A program made the position numbers and the translations under genes. DNA of 64,000 nucleotides from Deltaproteobacteria bacterium (lineage in GTDB: Bacteria > Myxococcota_A > Polyangia > Fen-1088): positions 128,001 through 192,000 of the forward strand of contig JANRKS010000006.1 in NCBI GenBank assembly GCA_033763315.1, given 5' to 3'. Below, one piece after another: positions 19,777-29,425 of the stretch. Each line of letters starts with the position of its first letter. The stretch's first letter is position 1. The notes under the pieces were generated by a model. That model saw nothing but the letters and a program-made list of their open reading frames with translations. It was not told the DNA's origin and made no database searches.

Positions 19777-21474
19777 ATGACTGCGGAATCGAAGTTCATT
19801 ATGGTTTCGTTTGTGGCCTTTTTTGCGGCCTGCACCGGCTCCATCGACACCGCCGGGACCGCTGATGGTGACCATGGTTCTGGTCAAGGCGGCAGCCAGG
19901 GCGGCGGCCAAGGTACGGGAGGCAGCGGTTCGGTCGGCGACGTCCCCGCGGGCGCGTGTTCCTTGCCAAGCGGGAGCATCCGGCAGCTGACGCCCTCGCA
20001 GATAGAAGCTTCGCTGACCAAGCTCGTACCCAACATCAGCGCGGCGGAGCTTGATTTGCCCCGCTATGGTCGGGGCGGCAATGGGTTCACCAACGACTCA
20101 GAACGAAAGCTCCTTTCCCTTGATGACGTTCAGCGGCTTTACACGAGCCTGTCTAAAGTGGCCGACAAAGCCGCGCAGTCGCCCGCGGCGCTTGCCGGTT
20201 GCCTAACAACGGCTGATGAAACCTGCGTGCGAGGCTTTGTCACCACGTTTGCGACCCGTGCCTTTCGCCGACCTGTGACAAACGAAGAGCGCGATGAACT
20301 GGTGGCATTCTGGAAAAGCAGCAAGGCCGCCGACCCCGCAACGGCCTTAGCCTTGCTGCTGCGCCGGGTCTTTATGGCTCCGCAGTTCCTGTTTCGCACC
20401 GAATTGGGCAAAGCCTCAAGCGCTGGCGTTGCAGAGTTGACCCCGCACGAAAAGGCCTCGGCTTTGGCCTTTACGATATCGAACGCGCCCCCTGATGATG
20501 AACTGATCGCGGACGCCAACAGCGGCGCACTAAGCGATCCATCACGCTTGGCGTCTCACGCTGAGCGGCTGCTGAGCAAACCCGAAACGGCGACGGGCTT
20601 ATTGAATATGTTTGAAGAACTGTTTCGCGTGGATGGGGTCGTCAACGTGTCAAAGGACGACATCTTCAAGGGCTGGTCGCCGGCGATCGCCGCCGATATG
20701 GCCAGCGAAGCACGTGCGTTCCTGAAGGAATTGCTTTGGCAAGACAACGGAACCATCGAAGGGCTTCTGACGGCGCCCTACACGGTGGTCAACGGTCGCT
20801 TGGCCTCGTTCTACGGCCTTACCGGAAAGACGGAGAGTGACACGAAGTTCACACGGGTATCGGTAGGTGATCAACCACGCGCCGGCATTTTGGGCCAGGG
20901 TGCTTTGCTCAGCCTTCTGTCACACGCCAACCAAAACGATATCGTCAAGCGCGGTCGCTTCGTTCGGGAGCTGCTCCTGTGCGAGGCACTGCCGGATCCG
21001 CCCGCGTCTGTAAAGGCGATACCGCCGCCGCCGCAAGGTGATTTGACGCTTCGGCAGCGGATCGAGCAGCATTCGAAAGATCCGTCATGCCTTGGGTGTC
21101 ATCGCTTGATGGATCCCATCGGAGCAGCGTTCGAGCAGTTCGATGCCGTGGGGCGCTTTCGCGACAAAGACGAGGGCAAACCCATTGATGCCCGCGGAGA
21201 GATTGTGGATTCAAAGGCCAGTGATGGCTCCTTCACTGGTCTCAAGGGTTTGGGGCAGCATTTGGCAAAGTCAGCCCAGGTCAGAGCTTGCCTCGCAAGG
21301 GCAACGTTTCGCTACACGTTAGGCCGTGCAGACGTCACGGAGGACGCATGCCAGCTCAGCGAGCTGGACGCTTCCGTGGAGCGAAGTGGAGGCAACTTGA
21401 AGAAGTTGTTCGTGCAGATGATCGCGAATCCATCTTTCTCGAAGCGCGTCGCCAGCAAAGGAGAACAACCATGA
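19777..21474 (+). CDS. DUF1592-type heme-c lipoprotein (module 3)
   Basis: GGAAGG RBS, lipobox FAAC, Gly linker, RAFRRPV, APQFLFRTE, IVKRGRFVRELLLC, CLGCH, DPIGAAFEQFDAVGRFR. Confidence 0.9.
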   Translation: MTAESKFIMVSFVAFFAACTGSIDTAGTADGDHGSGQGGSQGGGQGTGGSGSVGDVPAGACSLPSGSIRQLTPSQIEASLTKLVPNISAAELDLPRYGRGGNGFTNDSERKLLSLDDVQRLYTSLSKVADKAAQSPAALAGCLTTADETCVRGFVTTFATRAFRRPVTNEERDELVAFWKSSKAADPATALALLLRRVFMAPQFLFRTELGKASSAGVAELTPHEKASALAFTISNAPPDDELIADANSGALSDPSRLASHAERLLSKPETATGLLNMFEELFRVDGVVNVSKDDIFKGWSPAIAADMASEARAFLKELLWQDNGTIEGLLTAPYTVVNGRLASFYGLTGKTESDTKFTRVSVGDQPRAGILGQGALLSLLSHANQNDIVKRGRFVRELLLCEALPDPPASVKAIPPPPQGDLTLRQRIEQHSKDPSCLGCHRLMDPIGAAFEQFDAVGRFRDKDEGKPIDARGEIVDSKASDGSFTGLKGLGQHLAKSAQVRACLARATFRYTLGRADVTEDACQLSELDASVERSGGNLKKLFVQMIANPSFSKRVASKGEQP

Positions 21475-22784
21475 ACGCCATTGCACGTCGTAGGTTCATT
21501 TCTAGTTTGGGCTTGGGCGTTGGCTCGTACTTCTTCCAACCTTTGTGCAACCGGATCATGGCTGAGGCCTTCGCGGCCCCGACGCCAAAGCTTCTGATGT
21601 ACATCACAGGCGGAGGTTTCTCTCCCGGTGACGACGAGCCTGGCTATTGGCCATCAAATCAATCCGGTTTGGACCTTGGTCCTGCGATGACGGCTTTGGC
21701 ACCACTGAAGAGCAAAGCCGTATTCATGGAAAGTTTTTTCAACCCTCTAAACAAACATCTGCATGGCAATGGCTATTCCACAACCACCATGGTTGCGGAC
21801 ACGGGCGCCGAGGAGGCAAGCCAACCCGCGGGGGTGAGCTTCGATCGACAAATCGCCAAGACCATCAAGGGCACCGCGCCCCTCACTTCGTTGAACCTCG
21901 GCACCATGGAGGCCGACAACAACGATCCGCAACATACTTTCTCTGCAGATGGACCCAAAGCTTTGGTGCCTCCCATGGTCAATCCCATCAAAGCGTTTGA
22001 GGCTGTATTCGGTGGCGCCACGAACGTGAGCCAGGGTGACGACGGCGCCGCCAAGCGCCTCCTTCAAGACAAAAGCGTTTTCGACGGCTTGGTCAAGGAC
22101 ATCGAACGTATGAACAAGGCGCTTGCCGCCAGCGAAAAGGCGAAGTTGGATCAGTACGTATCCTCCGTCCGGGCGCTGGAAACACAACTGGGCGAGGTGG
22201 TGAAGGCTCGTGCCAGCTGTGGCAGCCCAATGGCCCCTTCTGCCAGCATCTACGCCCAGGGAAGGAAAAGCCCTAAGTTGCCGGTATACAAAGCCATGAT
22301 GGGCATCGCCGCGAACGCTTTGGCGTGTGGTTTGACGAACACAGTTTCATTCTTGGCCTCCGAAGGCGATCTCGATTTCATGCCCTTGGACGCAGGTGGC
22401 GGCTTCTGTGGCACGCACCAGATGTGGCACGGCAAGGGGTCGCGTGCGGATCATCTGCGCTACTACAATTTTCAGTACAGCAACATCGCTGCGCTACGAC
22501 AAGCGCTGGTCGACTTAGGTGGCGAAGCGTTGGCAGACAACACCTTGATCTTAAATTTCTGCCAAACCGGCGGACCCCACCACAACGGTCAGGATCGGTA
22601 CTTCGCCCTGTTTCTAGGCAATCCGGGCGGAAGGCTCGCCACGGGGAAATACATTCAATCTCCCGTGGGCAAACGATCGATGGCCGATGTGTTTATGACG
22701 GCCGGGGCGGCGTTGGGTGTGGCCATGCCGTCGTTCGGAAGTGCAGAGCTGAAGGCGTCCGTTATTCCTGGCGTGCTTGCCTAA
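21471..22784 (+). CDS. DUF1552 Tat-exported protein (module 3)
   Basis: ATGA overlap with the upstream stop; ARRRFISSLG Tat signal, SFDRQIA, KSVFD, EKAKLDQY, ALACGLT, HQMWH. Confidence 0.88.
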   Translation: MNAIARRRFISSLGLGVGSYFFQPLCNRIMAEAFAAPTPKLLMYITGGGFSPGDDEPGYWPSNQSGLDLGPAMTALAPLKSKAVFMESFFNPLNKHLHGNGYSTTTMVADTGAEEASQPAGVSFDRQIAKTIKGTAPLTSLNLGTMEADNNDPQHTFSADGPKALVPPMVNPIKAFEAVFGGATNVSQGDDGAAKRLLQDKSVFDGLVKDIERMNKALAASEKAKLDQYVSSVRALETQLGEVVKARASCGSPMAPSASIYAQGRKSPKLPVYKAMMGIAANALACGLTNTVSFLASEGDLDFMPLDAGGGFCGTHQMWHGKGSRADHLRYYNFQYSNIAALRQALVDLGGEALADNTLILNFCQTGGPHHNGQDRYFALFLGNPGGRLATGKYIQSPVGKRSMADVFMTAGAALGVAMPSFGSAELKASVIPGVLA

Positions 22785-22852
22785 CATTGCGGCACCCGCT
22801 CGTGCCCTCCAAGCGTTTTGATTTTAGTGCCCTCTGTAAGGAGTTCGTTTAA

Positions 22853-24283
22853 ATGGGGACCAAAATTCTGTCACGACGAAGTGTTCTACGTGCAGGTGCG
22901 GGAGTGTCTTTGGCGTTGCCGCTGCTTGATGCGATGGCCCCGCGAGCCCTGCGCAACACGGCGCAGGCCGCAACCACCAAGCGCCTTCTGATCTGGGTAC
23001 AGCCGCTCTCTATATACGCAGATGTTTTCTGGCCGGCCGCGCCTGGGGCGAAGCCCTACAACTGGCGAACGGATCCAATTAAGGAGGTCTATTTCAGTGG
23101 TGCGGGTGGCATGCAAAACGACAAGTTCGAACTGCCGGAGGCCTTGTCCAGTTTGAGCTCACTTCGAAACGATCTGACGTTCATCGAGGGTATGGATAAT
23201 TCCGCGAGCAACCACGATGCCTACAGCACAACGCTGACGGGTACGCAAACGCTGGAAAAGTCCCCTGTCGACATGATCTCGATTGATCAGCTTATCGCGA
23301 AGCGGTTGGCGCCCAATACCAAGTTCAAGTCCCTGCAGGTGGGTGTGCGCAACGCGGGAGCGGGAAATAAATCGGCAGCGTCGTGGCTATCAAAGACTCA
23401 GGCGGCCCCGGCGATGGATAACCCGGTCAAGTTGTGGGAGCGTTTGTTCGTTGACGTCTCTGCGGATCCAACTGTGGCGCGCAAGCTGCGGGCTAACCGC
23501 CAGTCCGTGCTTGATGCCGCCTTGTCACAAGCAACGTCGCTCAAGCAAACGCTGGGGGCCGATGATCAAAAGAAGATCGATCAGTATCTCGCCGCTTTTC
23601 GTGACGTGGAGAAGTCGTTGGCTGTGGACACGCAGATGGGCTGCAACCCGCCGGGGAAACCAAGCCAAACCAGCCCATCAACACAAGAGGTTCTGTTTGA
23701 GGACGACGAACTGCGCGCCATCGAAGACACGCCTTACGTGATGAAGTTGCAGCTCGATATGATGGCGATGGCGATGGCGTGTGATTTGACCCGCATTGCA
23801 ACGATGCAATTCGGAACCGAGGCAAACAACGGAACGTTCCCGTGGTTGGGTTTGCCCAATTGGCGCTGGCACGACGCTTCGCACTTCGAGAATGATTCGC
23901 CCGCAGAATGGCCGAAGCAGCTTGGCGACGCCGAAGCCTGGAGGAACGTCGCCGCGTGGAGTGTGGGGCAGTTCGGTTATGTTGTTCAGCGGCTTAAAGA
24001 TCTCGGTGCCTTTGAAGGCACCGTTGCCGCCTTCGTCACGTCCATGAACCACGGGGGAGCTCACAAGAGCCGCAATTGCCCGGTGCTGCTGGCGGGATCC
24101 GCGGGCGGCGCTTTGCGAACGGGCACGCACGTTCGGCTGCCCAACAGCAACAACGCTGGTGGTGGGAAAACGCGCGTATTCAACGATCTGCATTTGACGT
24201 TGGCCCAAGCCATGGGGGTGCCACTCGACAAGTTCGGCGATGCTGCCCTTTGCTCAGGCCCGATCTCCGAGGTGCTCAAATGA
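22853..24283 (+). CDS. DUF1552 Tat-exported protein (module 4)
   Basis: AAGGAG RBS; SRRSVLRAGAGVSLALPLLDAM, SIDQLIA, SLQVGV, QSVLD, DQKKIDQY, AMACDLTRIATMQ, WHDASH. Confidence 0.9.
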   Translation: MGTKILSRRSVLRAGAGVSLALPLLDAMAPRALRNTAQAATTKRLLIWVQPLSIYADVFWPAAPGAKPYNWRTDPIKEVYFSGAGGMQNDKFELPEALSSLSSLRNDLTFIEGMDNSASNHDAYSTTLTGTQTLEKSPVDMISIDQLIAKRLAPNTKFKSLQVGVRNAGAGNKSAASWLSKTQAAPAMDNPVKLWERLFVDVSADPTVARKLRANRQSVLDAALSQATSLKQTLGADDQKKIDQYLAAFRDVEKSLAVDTQMGCNPPGKPSQTSPSTQEVLFEDDELRAIEDTPYVMKLQLDMMAMAMACDLTRIATMQFGTEANNGTFPWLGLPNWRWHDASHFENDSPAEWPKQLGDAEAWRNVAAWSVGQFGYVVQRLKDLGAFEGTVAAFVTSMNHGGAHKSRNCPVLLAGSAGGALRTGTHVRLPNSNNAGGGKTRVFNDLHLTLAQAMGVPLDKFGDAALCSGPISEVLK

Positions 24284-25932
24284 GAAGCCGTTGCACGTTT
24301 CTTCGTAAGACCTCGCCGTTGGCCATGATGACGGTGCTTTTCGGCGCATGTGCGGCTCGCATCAACGCCGAGGGGGATGCCCCTGAGGGCGGCAGCGGTG
24401 GCTCTTCACAAAACACAGGCGGGACCGCCGGCACCTCGCCATGTTCGGCTGGCGATGGCACTTGTTCCGACGCTGCAGAACCAAGCGTGATAAGGCGGCT
24501 CACGCGCAGCGAATACGCGTTCACCATCGCCGATCTGCTGGGCACAAATGAATCGGTGTCAGGTTCGTTCCCCGCCGAAGAAGTTGTGAAGGGCTTCAAC
24601 AACAACGCGAACGCCCTGTCGTTCCCAGGTCTGCTTGCGGAGCAGTCATTCTCTGTCACCGCACAACTGGCCAAGGCAGCCGTTGAAAAGTCATCGCGGT
24701 TCGCGGCGTGCGCACAGGGCACCCTTGATGCAACGTGCGCCCGCCAGTTCATCGCTTCTTTCGGCAAAAAGGCCTGGCGGCGCCCGCTCTCGAGTGCCGA
24801 GGTCGACAAATTCCTATCCGTCTTTACCGCGGCAGAGACCCCGATGCTTGGTCTTGAGCTGGCGTCGCAAAGCCTACTCATCAGCGCGCCGTTTTTTTAT
24901 CGCATCGAACAACGTGGGCAAGGTCGCACCAAGCCAACCTCATGGGAAATGGCATCGCGATTATCTTATACTCTGTGGGCCAGCCTTCCAGACGACGAGC
25001 TGTTTGCGGCCGCCGAGGCCGACAAGCTGCGTGATCGCGACGACATCGTGGCGCAAGCGAATCGTATGATGAAGGATGCTAAACTTGTCCGGGCCTACAG
25101 GTCGTATATGTCCCAGTGGTTTGACCTGCCCAGGATCTCGGTGGCCGCGAAGGACCCTAAAGTCTTTCCCATGTGGAACACCGAATATCCCGCCTTGCTT
25201 CGGGCCGGAGCAGAAGCGTTCTTGGACCATGTGGCACGTCAAGGCAAAATTTCAGACCTCTTCACCGCGCCGTTTGTTTTCACGAACGACACGCTCGCAC
25301 CTTACTACGGCGTTGCCAAACCCGGCTCGTCCGCCTTCGTAAAGGTAGACCTCAAGGATAAAAACCGCGCAAGCGGCATGCTCACTCAGGGGGGCATCTT
25401 GGCTGGTCACGCCGGCTTTAGCTCAACTTCACCGACTTTCCGAGGCAAATTCGTACGCGAGCAGTTCTTGTGCGGAACCATCCCCAAGGCGCCACCAAAC
25501 GTGAACGTTATGATCGGCGCTGCCGATCCCAATCAAACAACACGGGAGCACTACAGCGAACACATCAAGAATCCACAATGCGTGGGCTGTCATTCGCTGA
25601 TGGATCCCATCGGCTTTGCCTTCGAGGAATTTGACGCCATCGGAAACCGCCGCACCGTTGAGAATGGCAAACCCATCGACGCCACGGGTGACGCGGTTGG
25701 TGTGGACGTTGGGAAATTTGAGGGTGTTAACCAGCTGGGAGAAAGACTGGCGAGCAGCGAAGACGCCACCCGATGCCTTGCCACCCAATGGTTTCGCTTT
25801 TCTTTCGGCCGCTTAGAGAGCGCCGAAGATGATGCCACCTTAGATGGTTTGACCAAAGTGGTGCGAGATGAAGGCACGTTCGCCGCTTTGATGATGGCCA
25901 CAGTGCAATCGTCCCCGTTCTTAGAGCTGTAA
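24280..25932 (+). CDS. DUF1592-type heme-c lipoprotein (module 4)
   Basis: ATGA overlap; lipobox FGAC, RRLTRSEYAFTIADLLG, AWRRPL, ASRLSYTLWASLPD, SPTFRGKFVREQFLC, CVGCH, DPIGFAFEEFDAIG. Confidence 0.9.
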   Translation: MRSRCTFLRKTSPLAMMTVLFGACAARINAEGDAPEGGSGGSSQNTGGTAGTSPCSAGDGTCSDAAEPSVIRRLTRSEYAFTIADLLGTNESVSGSFPAEEVVKGFNNNANALSFPGLLAEQSFSVTAQLAKAAVEKSSRFAACAQGTLDATCARQFIASFGKKAWRRPLSSAEVDKFLSVFTAAETPMLGLELASQSLLISAPFFYRIEQRGQGRTKPTSWEMASRLSYTLWASLPDDELFAAAEADKLRDRDDIVAQANRMMKDAKLVRAYRSYMSQWFDLPRISVAAKDPKVFPMWNTEYPALLRAGAEAFLDHVARQGKISDLFTAPFVFTNDTLAPYYGVAKPGSSAFVKVDLKDKNRASGMLTQGGILAGHAGFSSTSPTFRGKFVREQFLCGTIPKAPPNVNVMIGAADPNQTTREHYSEHIKNPQCVGCHSLMDPIGFAFEEFDAIGNRRTVENGKPIDATGDAVGVDVGKFEGVNQLGERLASSEDATRCLATQWFRFSFGRLESAEDDATLDGLTKVVRDEGTFAALMMATVQSSPFLEL

Positions 25933-25976
25933 AGCGCTGTGCCTAAGGTGGCATCACGTGCAAAGCCCCACCGCGT

Positions 25977-27566
25977 CTAGCTTTCACAATCGATGACGTC
26001 GACGACGTTTAAACCGTTTTCCTGATGCGGTAAAACGTTCAGCAGCCGCGCGCCCTCTCCACGCGTCAAACGGATGGACGGATGGTGGCTTTGTGCTCCC
26101 AACCCCTCAAAGCCGTCGATGACGATGCGCTTGAAGTCCTCGATCTGCACGGCACTCGTGCAGAAATCTGCCGGGGCGCTCGGCCACCTCACCCGCAGGT
26201 CGCGCAGGTGAAGATCATGAACGTGGCGCGCAAACACCCCCGCGATGTCGTGCTTGAACAGATTCGTTCTCAGTTGATCAGTGAGGCGCAGATCAAAGTT
26301 GCCGCCATACTGGTCGTTCAGTGGGTCAGGCTGAATTTGCAGGTCTAGGTCTCGAAACTGCACGTCTTCAATCGGGCTATCCTTTTGGCCCCAAATCACT
26401 ACACCCGCAGGGCTTCGCGCGACGATGTTCTCGAACCGCACGCCCCGAATGCGGCCAAGCCGTGCGGCAGCTTGTTCCCATCGTGCGCAAGACACGTGAA
26501 TGGGTTCACCTTTGCCCCACCACCGCCCCGAGAACAACCTTGTTTCGATCGAACAGTCACGAAAGACGATGTCTTCGATGTCACCCGCGCTGCGGCTAAA
26601 AACGCCCAGCCCGCGGTTGCTGTCTTTGATCACAAGATTGGAAAAGTAACAGCTGCGCATGGGCGCGCTGCCATCGTAGCCAACACGCACCGCGGTGGAA
26701 CGGGTCTTGAGCCAACAGTTGTTGACCGTCACGCCGCGGCTGCCAAAAAACACCAAGCAGTCGTCGCCCGTTTCAACGTGACATTCGCTTATCCGGACGC
26801 TTTCGCAGTCGGTGAAATCCATCCCGTCGTCATTCGGGATCTTCAGCTGCACATCGCGGCTGTTGACGTCGAGCCCGGTCACCCACACGCGCTGGCAACG
26901 CGCCATATGGATGTGCCAGGTTGGCGAGTTGCGTACTGTGATGTCGCGAAGGCGCACGTTGTGGCAGTTGGCAAAATAGATAACGTTGCCAGGGCGCGGT
27001 GGTCCCTTCTTGCTGGGGCCATCCACAAACAACTTCTCGGACATGAACGCGGCGCCCTGGCGCGTGACGGCGGCATCGAAGTCACTGCCGGCGTGAGAGA
27101 AGTCAAGCGTTCGCGAAGCCATCGATTGCCCGTCAAGCGTGCCCTGTCCCTCAATGCTTAGGTACCCAGCCCCCGTGGCCGAGATCAGCCCCCGTCGGCG
27201 CTTGCCACCCTTGATGGGGTCTTCGTATTCAGGGTAATCCTCAATGCGGCGGGATCCACAAATCGTGGCGCCGGCGGCCAAATGCAGCGTGGTATGCGAA
27301 TGCATGATGAGGCCGGCTGCCACATAGGTGCCGGGGCCAACGAGAACCGTCCCGCCGCCTTGTTTGGCACAGGCGTTAAGCGCCGCTTGCAAAGCGCTTG
27401 TGTCGTTGGTGACGCCATCTCCCTTCGCGCCGTATCCCCGCACCTCAATGACGCCGGCGCGTCGCAAGCCAGACAGTCCCGCGCAGCCAACCAACCCCCA
27501 AAGGGGCGCCATCAGGGTGAGACGCCGCCGCGTATCGGCCGCAGGAGTCGATGCTGGTAATTTCAC
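25977..27566 (-). CDS. GH28-like (polygalacturonase-fold) glycoside hydrolase, probable Tat lipoprotein
   Basis: TRRR...LVGC N-terminus, YGAKGDGVTNDTSALQAAL, GQGTLDG, NSPTW, PNDDGMD, TGDDC and beta-helix repeats; GTGA overlap with the sulfatase stop. Confidence 0.85.
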   Translation of the reverse strand: MKLPASTPAADTRRRLTLMAPLWGLVGCAGLSGLRRAGVIEVRGYGAKGDGVTNDTSALQAALNACAKQGGGTVLVGPGTYVAAGLIMHSHTTLHLAAGATICGSRRIEDYPEYEDPIKGGKRRRGLISATGAGYLSIEGQGTLDGQSMASRTLDFSHAGSDFDAAVTRQGAAFMSEKLFVDGPSKKGPPRPGNVIYFANCHNVRLRDITVRNSPTWHIHMARCQRVWVTGLDVNSRDVQLKIPNDDGMDFTDCESVRISECHVETGDDCLVFFGSRGVTVNNCWLKTRSTAVRVGYDGSAPMRSCYFSNLVIKDSNRGLGVFSRSAGDIEDIVFRDCSIETRLFSGRWWGKGEPIHVSCARWEQAAARLGRIRGVRFENIVARSPAGVVIWGQKDSPIEDVQFRDLDLQIQPDPLNDQYGGNFDLRLTDQLRTNLFKHDIAGVFARHVHDLHLRDLRVRWPSAPADFCTSAVQIEDFKRIVIDGFEGLGAQSHHPSIRLTRGEGARLLNVLPHQENGLNVVDVIDCES

Positions 27567-29221
27567 GGTGCCTGTCCGTCGGTGGCTTCACTTTGTTTGT
27601 AGCCAATACGAATGGCCACGGCACGAACCTTGGTGCCTGCAGCCAGTTTGAGCGGCTCGCTATAGAGGCTCCAGTGGCTGCCGCCAATGCCGCCACCGGC
27701 TTGATAGGCCACGGACGCACCATCGGTGGGCGAGGCGATGCGAAGATAGCCGTGGTATCGCTCCATCACAGGCTTGTCTGTCACGGGTTGCTTGCCCCCA
27801 GGCCAAAACATATTGACCATCTCGGGCTCGGGCAAGAATCCCAAATCGGGCTCCGCCATGACGAATTCGTCGACCGCATTGCGGAGCCGCAGCAGCTCTT
27901 GGCGGTAGCGAGGATCTTGCGCCACATTTCGCACTTCGTGGGGATCAGTCTTGGTGTCAAACAACTCCTCCGCAGGTTTGTTGGGTCGAAACCATAACAT
28001 CTGCGTTTCGTTCAGCTTGCCGTTTTTAAGCTGAGCGTAGATATCGAGCATGCCCTTCTGGTTGCGGCGAAAGGCAATGTCTTGGTGCATGGGCTTTTGC
28101 GGCTGAAAGTAGCGAATGTATTTCCAACGCTTGTCGCGCGCGGCACGCACAAGGTCATAGGCTTCATCCATACGATCGCGGGTGGCGAAAAACACGTCTC
28201 GCGGCTTTGCCTTTTGTGGCCCCAAAAAGGCCTGGCCGTCCATCCACTCCGGCACTTTGGCCCCGGCCAACGAGATCATGCTTGGCCCCAGATCCATCAA
28301 GGTGACCAACTGATCGGATTTGGTTCCCGCCCCGCGTTTGTTGGGCCAACGGATGATGAGCGGCACCTGCAAGCCCGAGTCGTAGACTTCGCGTTTGCCA
28401 CGCGGCAAACCGGCGCCATGATCGCCGTAAAAGATAACCACCGTTTCATCCAGCAAACCGGCTTGTTCGAGCTCTGCCAGCTGTTCTCCGATCCTGATGT
28501 CCAAATGCGCCAGGTTGTCGTAGTAGCGGCTCACATCGGTGCGCACCGCCGGCGTGTCAGGATAGTAGGGCGGCAGTTTCACCGTTTTCGGATCGATCGT
28601 GAGTGGTTCATCCGCCTGGGCCCACACCTGGGACTCGTGGGTTTCCATGTAATTGAAGACGGCGAAAAACGGAGTGGTCTTGGCAGGGCGGTTGCGCCAG
28701 TGCGCCTTTGAGCTGCTTTCGTCCCACGCCGTGATTGGGCGGTTGAATTGGTAGTCTTCTTTGGGGTTGTTGCTGGTGTAGTAACCAGCCGCACGTAGAT
28801 ATTCCGTGAAACACTTGACCTGGGGGGGCGGGGTTGTTTCATACGGGATCACGCCAACCAGGCCCTTGGCGTTGGTTCGCATGTTCTGCGCGCCAATTCG
28901 TGTGGGGTACTTTCCCGTGATGATGGAAGCACGGCTCGGCGCGCAAACACCAACCACGGCGAACGCATTCGTGTACGTCACACCCTCGGCAGCCAACCGG
29001 TCGATATGGGGCGTCTTTACCGTGCGGTCGCCGTAGGCCGCGAAGTGCGGTCCAATGTCTTCTGCCACCAACCAAACAATGTTGGGGCGATATGGCTCGT
29101 CACGGACAGTCGGCGGGGCGGCGTGTGCCGTCAAGGCGATGGCAACTGTGACGCCAAATGAGGCGAGCCTGATAGGACGCGTAAGGCCCCAAGGAGCAGT
29201 TCCTGTTTTCATAGAGTTCAT
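27563..29221 (-). CDS. Cys-type (S1) sulfatase with C-terminal FN3-associated-like domain; start at 29221 or 29212
   Basis: RPNIVWLVAED, TPHIDRLAAEG, CAPSRASIITG (CxPxR), YGDHG, EELFD...DPHE. Confidence 0.92.
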   Translation of the reverse strand: MNSMKTGTAPWGLTRPIRLASFGVTVAIALTAHAAPPTVRDEPYRPNIVWLVAEDIGPHFAAYGDRTVKTPHIDRLAAEGVTYTNAFAVVGVCAPSRASIITGKYPTRIGAQNMRTNAKGLVGVIPYETTPPPQVKCFTEYLRAAGYYTSNNPKEDYQFNRPITAWDESSSKAHWRNRPAKTTPFFAVFNYMETHESQVWAQADEPLTIDPKTVKLPPYYPDTPAVRTDVSRYYDNLAHLDIRIGEQLAELEQAGLLDETVVIFYGDHGAGLPRGKREVYDSGLQVPLIIRWPNKRGAGTKSDQLVTLMDLGPSMISLAGAKVPEWMDGQAFLGPQKAKPRDVFFATRDRMDEAYDLVRAARDKRWKYIRYFQPQKPMHQDIAFRRNQKGMLDIYAQLKNGKLNETQMLWFRPNKPAEELFDTKTDPHEVRNVAQDPRYRQELLRLRNAVDEFVMAEPDLGFLPEPEMVNMFWPGGKQPVTDKPVMERYHGYLRIASPTDGASVAYQAGGGIGGSHWSLYSEPLKLAAGTKVRAVAIRIGYKQSEATDGQAP

Positions 29222-29425
29222 CGTTGGGATGGTGGGTGGTTCAGATTTTCCAGGGAGGCGATCCTCAACCGTAAATGCTCGCCCAAAGTCTTCCTGTTGA
29301 GGATCGTCAATGTCTTCGCTTGCCATGCGGAATTGGCATTGTTCGTGTGAGCTGGGCCGATCGCAAGAGAAACGGCTGAGGCTGAGGCTTGCCGGACGCA
29401 TCGTCATCGTCGATAGTCTCGCCTC

